Source: an archaeon GW2011_AR15
Lineage (GTDB): Archaea; Nanobdellota; Nanobdellia; Woesearchaeales; GW2011-AR15
DNA: 24,000 nucleotides
Assembly (NCBI GenBank): GCA_000830295.1
Contig: CP010425.1
Location: forward strand, 214,033 to 238,032
Direction: 5' to 3'
Shown: one piece after another, positions 1 through 7,233 of the stretch
Layout: each line of letters begins with the position of its first letter
Numbering within the stretch: position 1 is the stretch's first letter
Notes under the pieces: generated by a model
Told to the model about the DNA's origin: nothing
The model's input: only the letters and a program-made list of their open reading frames with translations
Databases searched by the model: none
Translations under genes and position numbers: made by a program

Positions 1-1
1 G

Positions 2-388
2 ATACAAATTGAAGGCAAGCACGGCTGGGCAAAAAAGCTTCCCACATGGAGAAAGCAGTTCTGGCTTTTCAACAGGATATTCGGAAGAAAGAAAGAGCTC
101 ACGGGCTATCATGTCTCTATGTGGCTGTTCATCTTTTCGATGCTGCATACTGCTTTCATATTTGCGCCATGGACTCTGCAGAACGAGGCACTGGTGTTTT
201 CATTGTATATCTTCATAACATTGAGTGAGGATTTCCTGTGGTTCGTGCTGAACCCGGCATTCGGACTGAAAAAATTCAGCAGAAAATATGTAACATGGCA
301 CCCGAAATGGCTAGGCCCGCTTCCTTTCCAGTATTATCTGGGGATTATGGCATGGGTGGCTTTGTTCTGGTTTGGTATAAATTATTAG
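2..388 (+). CDS. 3' part of a membrane protein of unknown function; the 5' end lies upstream of the window
   Basis: This frame is open from nt 2 to the TAG at 386-388. The product is hydrophobic and aromatic-rich (WLFIFSMLHTAFIF, YYLGIMAWVALFWF). It has no Cys and no motif I recognise. Confidence 0.45.
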   Translation: MQIEGKHGWAKKLPTWRKQFWLFNRIFGRKKELTGYHVSMWLFIFSMLHTAFIFAPWTLQNEALVFSLYIFITLSEDFLWFVLNPAFGLKKFSRKYVTWHPKWLGPLPFQYYLGIMAWVALFWFGINY

Positions 389-412
389 AAAAATGAAAAA
401 ATAAAATGAAAA

Positions 413-1711
413 TTATACTTTGGCAAGCTCCTCTTCTATCACAGCCTCAAATGCTGAGTAAGGCTGCGCTCCCCTGACACTCTGTCCTATCACTGTTTTT
501 CCGTCAGCCTGTATCACACCAACTAAAAACCCTGGTGTGCCTGAAACTCCTGCACTCGTGCCTGCGCTGAAGTCGCTCTGGACCTCTGCCTGGTATTTTC
601 TTGAGTTAATACAATTGTTGAACAGTGATGTGTCCATGCCGAGCTCTTCAGCCCATGCCTTGTAGTTATCAGCACTTAATGAGTCCTGATTTTCGAACAG
701 CTTGTTATGGAATTCCCAGAACATTCCCTGTTCGTCTGCGCATTCTGCTGCCTCTGCTGCAGGTGTTGCCTGAGGATGTATGCTGCTCAGAGGAAAATCT
801 CTGTAAACAAACCGGATTTTCCCTGTGCTGATATAGTTCTGCTGTATTGAAGGCAGTGTCTCACTGTAAAACCTGCTGCAGTATGGGCACTGGAAGTCTG
901 ACCACTCTATTATCACAACCTTGGCTGATGCACTTCCCTTTGACGGATCATCATCTATGCTGCTTGTGTATTCTGTAGCCTGCGTTGGCTGTGTAGGCTG
1001 AGTAGGCTGCACTGGTGTTGGCTGTGCCTCCCCTGAAAGATGCCTGTCAATAACAGCCTTCAAATTGTCATATGGCTGTGCCCCCACAACTTTCTCTCCG
1101 CCTATGAAAAATGTAGGCGTGCCTGTAACTCCCCTGCTTGTTCCCTCATTGTAATCTGCCTGGACAACAGATGCCTTTTCCTTGCTGTCATAGCAGTCAT
1201 TGAATTTTGCAGTATTAAGGCCAAGATCTGCTGCGTGCTTTTTCAGGCTGGCTGTATCAAGGGCTTTTGTCTCAAAAAGCCTGTCATGATATTCCTCAAA
1301 TTTGCCCTGGTCTCGCGCACACTCTGAAGCCTCTGCTGCCTGCTGTGCCAATGGGTGCAGGCTGCTCAGTGGGAAATGCTTGTATACAAACGTCACCTGC
1401 CCCTCATACTCATCCAGCAGCTGTTTCACTGTTGGATATGCTCTCTGGCAGAACGGGCACTCAAAATCTGAAAACTCCTCAATAAGCAGTTCTCCATTGC
1501 TGCCTGTATTTGATTTCTTAAGGCTGTTGAGAAGTGACCCGACGCCGTTGCCCAAACCAAATCCGTTTGTAAGTACAGACAGGACCAACAATACTCCCAG
1601 CACAATTGCATAAGTCTTCCACATATCATCTTTAGGAGCTGCTTTCCCGGATGCTCCTTTTGCGGATGATCTTCTAGAAGCAGTTGACTTCTTTTTAGTG
1701 TTTTTAGCCAT
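413..1711 (-). CDS. Membrane-anchored tandem DsbA-like thiol:disulfide oxidoreductase with two thioredoxin-fold domains
   Basis: 432 aa with a basic N-terminus and one TM helix (YAIVLGVLLVLSVL). Two paralogous DsbA-like halves of about 150 aa carry CPFC (nt 1448-1459) and CPYC (nt 878-889) active sites. Each half also has a GTP(T/G)F cis-Pro loop motif. The halves are joined by a PTPVQPTQPTQPTQ linker (nt 974-1021). A GGGGG Shine-Dalgarno-like box lies about 10 nt upstream of the ATG. Confidence 0.85.
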   Translation of the reverse strand: MAKNTKKKSTASRRSSAKGASGKAAPKDDMWKTYAIVLGVLLVLSVLTNGFGLGNGVGSLLNSLKKSNTGSNGELLIEEFSDFECPFCQRAYPTVKQLLDEYEGQVTFVYKHFPLSSLHPLAQQAAEASECARDQGKFEEYHDRLFETKALDTASLKKHAADLGLNTAKFNDCYDSKEKASVVQADYNEGTSRGVTGTPTFFIGGEKVVGAQPYDNLKAVIDRHLSGEAQPTPVQPTQPTQPTQATEYTSSIDDDPSKGSASAKVVIIEWSDFQCPYCSRFYSETLPSIQQNYISTGKIRFVYRDFPLSSIHPQATPAAEAAECADEQGMFWEFHNKLFENQDSLSADNYKAWAEELGMDTSLFNNCINSRKYQAEVQSDFSAGTSAGVSGTPGFLVGVIQADGKTVIGQSVRGAQPYSAFEAVIEEELAKV

Positions 1712-1836
1712 TATTATATACCCCCTTTTGACAAAAGTATGGCTTAGCTAAATAGAATTGGTTTATATATTTTATCTAAATTTTAATTTTGGGAGAAACT
1801 TAAGTTTATAAAAAAATTTAAGAAAATTTCCGGAAA

Positions 1837-2073
1837 TTATCTTCTGGATTTGGTTTTCCTGGCTGCTTTCTTTGTTGCTTTTCTTGCATGTTTCTTGGCA
1901 GTCTTCTTGGCAGCTTTCCTGTAGCTTTTTTTTGCTGCCGGCTTTGCTCTTGCCTTTGTTTCGGTGCTTTTCTTGTTCTTGCAGACCTCACAATATAATG
2001 AGCCAGCATATTTTGGATAAAAGACTCCGCCGCATATCAGGCATTTCTTCCTTACTTTGTATAATTTTGCCAT
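1837..2073 (-). CDS. Small zinc-ribbon protein with a Lys/Ala-rich basic C-terminal tail
   Basis: 78 aa with CxxC-x14-CxxC (CLICG...CEVC). This is followed by about 45 aa of AAKK/ARK-type low complexity. It is co-directional and closely spaced, 37 nt after the upstream thioredoxin-like gene. Confidence 0.6.
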   Translation of the reverse strand: MAKLYKVRKKCLICGGVFYPKYAGSLYCEVCKNKKSTETKARAKPAAKKSYRKAAKKTAKKHARKATKKAARKTKSRR

Positions 2074-2110
2074 TTTGCTCTTTCTTGGAAAAACAAGTTA
2101 CTTTAAAAGG

Positions 2111-2503
2111 TTACTGTAAAAACGCCTCGCACCCCGCTTTCTGTGCAAGTTCCAGCAGGCCTCTTTCGCCATTAAGCTCTGAGCCGTCTGCAAATCTCCA
2201 TGTAGGGTAGCCTGTTATACCCTCATTCTGGCACAGTTCTGTCTGCGTCCTCTGGGCTGTTGAGCATTCAACATAGCCGCCTGCAGCAGCAAATGTATCC
2301 CATGAGTCCCCGAACAGTTTCTTATTGTTCTGGCAGTGCGGGCACCACCATGCGCCATACATCACAACCCCGTTATCAGCAAGACACTGTGCGAGTTCAT
2401 CATACTGGCCTGAGGAGCTGGCCGCGGATCTGAAAATCAAAAATCCAACAATAGCTACAGCAATTATAACAACGTAAACCAGATAGCTATTTTTCTTTTT
2501 CAT
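2111..2503 (-). CDS. Membrane-anchored thioredoxin-like protein resembling the Trx-like domain fused to VKOR homologues
   Basis: 130 aa with an N-terminal TM helix (LVYVVIIAVAIVGFLIF). The pattern MYGAWWCPHC..KKLFG..YVEC..C..GITGYPTW matches my memory of the Trx-like domain of cyanobacterial and plant VKOR homologues. The CPHC site is at nt 2333-2344. Confidence 0.75.
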   Translation of the reverse strand: MKKKNSYLVYVVIIAVAIVGFLIFRSAASSSGQYDELAQCLADNGVVMYGAWWCPHCQNNKKLFGDSWDTFAAAGGYVECSTAQRTQTELCQNEGITGYPTWRFADGSELNGERGLLELAQKAGCEAFLQ

Positions 2504-2572
2504 TAAATTTTCAGAAACATGGTAACGTGCACCATTTTAAATATGTTTTGTTTGTGGCTGCTGCCATAGTCA

Positions 2573-2587
2573 AAAAATATATAAAGG
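2573..2587 (+). promoter_or_regulatory. TATA-like box for the large surface-protein gene, in the 114-nt divergent intergenic region
   Basis: The sequence aaaaatatataaagg is centred about 37 nt upstream of the ATG at 2618. A second A/T box (catatttaaaatgg, about 2537-2550) faces the minus-strand thioredoxin-like gene. Confidence 0.45.
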
Positions 2588-2617
2588 CTCAAAGTCCTAA
2601 TACATAAACGATGAGGA

Positions 2618-5600
2618 ATGAGGGGTAGGGCCCATGATAGTACTATGGATAACTCTATACAACTTTTGTATAAGAAAGCAGGCATAAGGAGAATTCTGTT
2701 TCTTGTTGCGCTGTGTTTCTTTGTCTATTTCATGTTCCTCACTGTTTTGCCCGGAAATGAAAGGGTGATTGTGTGCGCTGCCAATGATAATTTCTGCACA
2801 GCATCAGACGGCGATACGGATGCAGGAGCATGCACTGCATATGGTACCTGTAATGGCGGTCCGGGATGGAGTCTGGGTTCTGGAGATTGTACTGGAGACG
2901 CCTCGTGTGCAACAACATCATGCTGTGGTGATGACGCGGGTGAAGCTGTTGTAGCGGAATCCTCAAGCACAGATACTCCTTCAGGATATAATGATGCTGT
3001 AACGGCATGCTGTAATGTCGCTACAGACTGCAATTACAATGGCGCCTGTGTAGCAACAGGAAGCGCAAGTTCTGCTTCCACACCGGATAAAGCCTACTGC
3101 GGGACAGGCAGCACATGGTACGGAGGGGATTACTCAGAAGATGCATGCACTGCTGTTGCAGGAACCGGCAGCTGGAATATAGGCGGAGAAATAAACACCA
3201 CTGTCTGCTGCGGCGACGACTCAGGAGAAAATAAAAATACAAGACAAGTAAGCGAAATCTCTATTGATAATGGGTTTGCTGATAATTCAAGCGATAAAGC
3301 ATGCTGTCTGGCAGGTGATTCATGCATCAGCTCGGGCACATGCTACGCAAACGGGACCTCACCTGCGGATGTGGACGGCGACGGAGATAATGATTACTGT
3401 GATGCAGGAACATGGCAAGACTGCAATTCAGATAGTGACTGTTCTCCCGGACTAATTTGCTCCTCAAACGACTGCACAGATGTAAACTTCCCTTATTTCA
3501 CATCAATACCTGGTGATGAAACAACAACATACGGTAATTGGGAGGGAGTTGATTTTAATGCTGATGATGCTATAGGCGTTGATACTTATGATGTTAACGA
3601 CACCAGATTTACAATAAACTCATCCGGGTTCCTTGACGAAGACTCCGCAGTGTCTGCCGGGGCCTACAGTTTAAATGTTTCTGTAAATGACACATCTGGA
3701 AATACAAACTCAACAATATTCACACTAACTGTAAACAAAGCAACGCCTTCACTCAGTCTGAATTTCAATAGTACCAGTGGGAATACCACAATATATACAG
3801 GAAGCTCTATGGTATTAAACGGCAGTATTGTGTCAGGGGACAGCGGCGCTGTATTGCAGCTCTATAATAATGGAACCCTGGCCGATCAGGCAGCCGGCGC
3901 AGTAATCAATGATACTTTATTCGGCAGTGCAGGTACGTATAACATAACTGTAGTTTACATGGAGAGCCAGAATTACACTTCGGGGAGCCTGTCATACTTC
4001 ATAGGTGTCAGCGACCCTGATTTAACAGCTCCATATTTCACATTAATCCCCTCAAATGCAACAATAACCTACGGAAGCTGGGCAGGTGTTGATTTCAATG
4101 CTGATGATAACATTGACATCGGCGACTATACTGTCAACGACAGCAGGTTTACAATAAGTTCCTCAGGGCTTCTTGATGATGTCTCTGTGGTTGCTGCCGG
4201 AACATACAGCCTGGATATCACTATAAATGACACATCTGGAAATACAAACTCAACAGTATTCGGGCTGACTGTCAACAGGGCAGCGTCTTCGCTTACCCTA
4301 ACCGTGAACAGCACATCAGGCAATTCAACTGTGCATCTAGGAAGCGCCATACTGCTTAATTCTACTATAGTATCAGGAGACACTGGTGCAACACTCCAGC
4401 TGTATAATAACGGGACATTAATCAATCAGGGAGCCGGATCAATAAGCAACAATACCCAGTTTAGCAGCAGCGGGCTGTATAACATAACTGCAGCCTATCC
4501 TGAAACCCAGAATTACACTTCAGGCAGCCAGACATATTATGTAACTGTTGCTGACATACTGCAGCCTTACTTTACCGCAATACCTTCCAATGAAAGCATA
4601 ATATACGGACAGAACTGGTCAGGCGCTGACTTTAATGCCACAGACAGCAATGGATTTGACTCCTATTCTGTAGCTGACAGCAGGTTTACAATAAATTCAT
4701 CAGGATTCCTTGATGACGCCGCAATACTTAATGCCAGCGAGTATCTTATTAACATAACAATAAATGACACTTCCGGGAATTATAACTCAGCTATATTCAA
4801 CCTGACTGTGTTCGCTGATTCAGATGGCGACGATATTGCAGATATAAATGACACTTTAAACGGAAATGAATCAACTCCTGCTGTCTCAGGGATAAACAAC
4901 CTGAATATAACCATAAGAGGGAACTCTTCAAGAGGAAGCTTCCAAGGCAGGCATCCTGTTGTAATCAAGGAGGATTCAGATGTTCTTGTAAACTTCAGCC
5001 ATAACTTCACAGCAGCACATCTTAACCTGAGCAAAGTGCACATAACAAAAGGGGATAACTTCATACTCCTGAATTTCTCAGGCCAGCTGCTGACAAATAA
5101 GACAGTGTATTTCGATGACAGCAGCTATATCAGCCTGTGCGTGAAAGATGCGCCTGTCTCTGCATCGTCTGATATAAGCGCCGCATGCACAGGAGCCAAT
5201 GAGACAGACTTTACATCATGCATCGGCAATTCAACAGGGACAACAATAAACAATATCACATGCTATGATGAAGGCTCAAGGTTTAAGTTTGACAACCTAC
5301 ATCATACAGGAATTAAGGGAAGCGCTGCTGCGGAAGAAGAGGAATCAGGAGGGAGCAGTTCTGGGGGCAGCAGCTCAGGGGGCTCTTCTGACCGCAAGTA
5401 TGATTTCTCTGTTACGCCTGAAAAGACCACGCTAGGAATAAAGCAGGGCGAGACAAGGGAATTCACATTAAGGGTTGCAAACAACAACTCATATAATATT
5501 GTGGTGAAAGCATGGTCAACCCTGGCTGAATTTATGACCCTCGAAGAGATAGATTACCATATCAGTGCAAATGACTATCAGGATATTGCTGTTATTGCTG

Positions 5601-6244
5601 CTGTCCCCAATGAAACAGAGCCGAAATCATATCTCGGTGATATAGTCTTCAGCTCCGGCAGCAGGACTCAATTTATTGATATAAGGATTGACGTTTTCCC
5701 CAAAGGCAGCCTGTTTGATATCATAACAGAGATGGACCAGAGATACGCTTCTGTCCTGCCAGGAGAATACCTGAAATTTGATGTCACTTTATTTAAATTC
5801 CTAGATGTTGCAACAGAGGATGTAACTATTGTATATCTAATCAAAGACACCTCCGGAAATGTGCTGTGGAAAGAGAGCGATACAAGGGCAGTGCACAAGG
5901 AGCTTGAGTACAACAGGGAGCTGAGGATTCCCTCAGACCTGCCTCCCGGGGATTACCTTCTGGAGACAAGCGTCAATTACCAGGGCAAGGCCGCAACCTC
6001 AGAACTCTCATTTACAGTTGTAAGCCCTGCTCCTGAGGCTCCGCCTGAAAACTATCTCTTCCAGATAGAGCTTCCTGCAATAAAGATTCCTGCAGAATTC
6101 TTTACTTCAAGAGCATTCATATCTGCCTTCCCAAGAGTGCTGCTTGTGGTGATTATTTTATTGTCAGGGTTAAAGCCTCCTGGAACTGCAAGGAAGGGAA
6201 AAAAAGCAGGAAAGGGGAATAAAAAGAGAAATTCTAAGTCATAG
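2618..6244 (+). CDS. Large cysteine-rich, sequon-dense cell-surface protein (putative adhesin or S-layer-associated glycoprotein)
   Basis: 1208 aa with an N-terminal hydrophobic helix (ILFLVALCFFVYFMFLTVL). About 25 Cys fall within aa 53-286. There are 2.5 tandem repeats of about 180 aa (aa 292-731). A SGGSSSGGSSSGGSS linker is followed by two further beta-rich segments. The C-terminus has a TM helix (VLLVVIILLSGL) and a basic tail (KGKKAGKGNKKRNSKS). I counted about 48 N-x-S/T sequons by hand. An alternative start is the ATG at 2645. Confidence 0.85.
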   Translation: MRGRAHDSTMDNSIQLLYKKAGIRRILFLVALCFFVYFMFLTVLPGNERVIVCAANDNFCTASDGDTDAGACTAYGTCNGGPGWSLGSGDCTGDASCATTSCCGDDAGEAVVAESSSTDTPSGYNDAVTACCNVATDCNYNGACVATGSASSASTPDKAYCGTGSTWYGGDYSEDACTAVAGTGSWNIGGEINTTVCCGDDSGENKNTRQVSEISIDNGFADNSSDKACCLAGDSCISSGTCYANGTSPADVDGDGDNDYCDAGTWQDCNSDSDCSPGLICSSNDCTDVNFPYFTSIPGDETTTYGNWEGVDFNADDAIGVDTYDVNDTRFTINSSGFLDEDSAVSAGAYSLNVSVNDTSGNTNSTIFTLTVNKATPSLSLNFNSTSGNTTIYTGSSMVLNGSIVSGDSGAVLQLYNNGTLADQAAGAVINDTLFGSAGTYNITVVYMESQNYTSGSLSYFIGVSDPDLTAPYFTLIPSNATITYGSWAGVDFNADDNIDIGDYTVNDSRFTISSSGLLDDVSVVAAGTYSLDITINDTSGNTNSTVFGLTVNRAASSLTLTVNSTSGNSTVHLGSAILLNSTIVSGDTGATLQLYNNGTLINQGAGSISNNTQFSSSGLYNITAAYPETQNYTSGSQTYYVTVADILQPYFTAIPSNESIIYGQNWSGADFNATDSNGFDSYSVADSRFTINSSGFLDDAAILNASEYLINITINDTSGNYNSAIFNLTVFADSDGDDIADINDTLNGNESTPAVSGINNLNITIRGNSSRGSFQGRHPVVIKEDSDVLVNFSHNFTAAHLNLSKVHITKGDNFILLNFSGQLLTNKTVYFDDSSYISLCVKDAPVSASSDISAACTGANETDFTSCIGNSTGTTINNITCYDEGSRFKFDNLHHTGIKGSAAAEEEESGGSSSGGSSSGGSSDRKYDFSVTPEKTTLGIKQGETREFTLRVANNNSYNIVVKAWSTLAEFMTLEEIDYHISANDYQDIAVIAAVPNETEPKSYLGDIVFSSGSRTQFIDIRIDVFPKGSLFDIITEMDQRYASVLPGEYLKFDVTLFKFLDVATEDVTIVYLIKDTSGNVLWKESDTRAVHKELEYNRELRIPSDLPPGDYLLETSVNYQGKAATSELSFTVVSPAPEAPPENYLFQIELPAIKIPAEFFTSRAFISAFPRVLLVVIILLSGLKPPGTARKGKKAGKGNKKRNSKS
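3491..4810 (+). repeat. In-frame tandem coding repeats: units 3491-4030, 4031-4564 and a partial unit 4565-4810
   Basis: Each unit starts with PYFT(S/L/A)IP. The periods are 540 and 534 nt. A 32-nt stretch is identical at 3684-3715 and 4224-4255 (taaatgacacatctggaaatacaaactcaaca). Confidence 0.9.
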
Positions 6245-6262
6245 TCCTGAAAGTTTAGCAAA

Positions 6263-6275
6263 GTTTTTATATTCC
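6263..6275 (+). promoter_or_regulatory. TATA-like box for the PAP2-like gene
   Basis: The sequence gtttttatattcc is centred about 25 nt upstream of the ATG at 6294. This is consistent with a leaderless transcript and favours ATG 6294 over TTG 6288. Confidence 0.4.
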
Positions 6276-6293
6276 CCAGAATAATATTTGGAT

Positions 6294-6740
6294 ATGAGTT
6301 TTTTAGGAGAGGTACTCACGAACAGGATAATTATAAGCGTAATCCTGACCTACATTGTAACAGGCGCCCTAAAGCTCCTTTTCTATTATCTTGGTACAGA
6401 TGAATGGAATTTTATGGTATTTTTCAGGACAGGAGGCATGCCAAGCAGCCATATTGCCTCTGTTACTGCTATGAGCGCCGCAATATACCACCTTGAAGGC
6501 GTCTCCAGTCTCTTCATTGTGGCGCTTATACTCAGCTCAATAGTGACTGTTGATGCAATCGGCGCAAGAAGGGCTGCCGGCCAGCAGGCTCAGGTCATCA
6601 ACAAGGTTGTTGATGAATTCAGGTATTTCAGGAAGTTCAGGACAAGGAGGCTCTATGAACTAATCGGGCATACCCCAAGACAGGCCCTTGTGGGATTTAT
6701 AATAGGCATTATAGTCGCGAGAATTGTCTTTATGTTCTAG
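6294..6740 (+). CDS. Divergent PAP2 / acid-phosphatase-related membrane protein (DUF212-type)
   Basis: The GGMPSSH motif and a polytopic hydrophobic profile are typical of the divergent PAP2 family. The ORF-track start at 6288 is a TTG, and the ATG is at 6294. Confidence 0.65.
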   Translation: MSFLGEVLTNRIIISVILTYIVTGALKLLFYYLGTDEWNFMVFFRTGGMPSSHIASVTAMSAAIYHLEGVSSLFIVALILSSIVTVDAIGARRAAGQQAQVINKVVDEFRYFRKFRTRRLYELIGHTPRQALVGFIIGIIVARIVFMF

Positions 6741-7198
6741 ATTAGTGCTATAACAATGCCAATGAACAGGTAGACGATATTATCCCTGACAGGAAGAATA
6801 AGGTTATAGGCTAAATTTTCTTTAGTGTCATAATATACTGATGCTGTAAGCAGCCCGAATATGAATATAAGGCCTGCTGCAAATGTGCCTGCTGTCTCAA
6901 ACAGTATCACTGCAAGAAGGCTGTATGCCAAAACATCATTATACGGCAGGTTTGATTTCACATCCCATAAAAAATACAGGACTGCAATTATCCCTGAAAG
7001 CGGTATTGAGATTGCAGGGCTTACTGCGAGGAACTTAAGGAAATAGAAGAAAACCAGGGACAGGACTACGGGCCTTGCAAAAATAAAGTATTTTTTCCCT
7101 GCTTTAAGCTCCTCTTTTGTGAAATGCGAGATTATTGTCCCGACCAGAAGCCCGGAATATGTTACCAGCAGGAGCAGGATATGGTTGAGTGTCAGCAT
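6737..7198 (-). CDS. Polytopic membrane protein of unknown function
   Basis: 153 aa with 4-5 hydrophobic helices. An A/T box (acaaatataaact) lies about 25 nt upstream. Its stop codon shares the CTAG palindrome with the stop of the convergent PAP2-like gene. Confidence 0.5.
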   Translation of the reverse strand: MLTLNHILLLLVTYSGLLVGTIISHFTKEELKAGKKYFIFARPVVLSLVFFYFLKFLAVSPAISIPLSGIIAVLYFLWDVKSNLPYNDVLAYSLLAVILFETAGTFAAGLIFIFGLLTASVYYDTKENLAYNLILPVRDNIVYLFIGIVIALI

Positions 7199-7233
7199 AG
7201 ATCTGTTGTTTTATTCAGAGTTTATATTTGTAA

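Noticed and set aside
2-388. The partial membrane ORF at the window edge could be the missing VKOR/DsbB-type re-oxidase for the adjacent DsbA/Trx genes.
   Set aside because: The visible 128 residues contain no cysteine at all and therefore no CxxC or loop Cys pair. The part upstream of the window is unseen, so this is only a rejection for the visible region.
1840-1960. The low-complexity gct/ttt/ctt-rich DNA here and at 11980-12150 could be microsatellite or degenerate repeat DNA.
   Set aside because: Both stretches are in frame within ORFs and encode Lys/Ala-rich tails. There is no fixed nucleotide period, only compositional bias.
3491-4810. The tandem repeats could be a CRISPR array, satellite or mobile-element repeat.
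   Set aside because: The period is 534-540 nt with no short repeat/spacer structure. The repeats are in frame within one long ORF and diverge mainly at the protein-tolerated level, so they are coding domain duplications.
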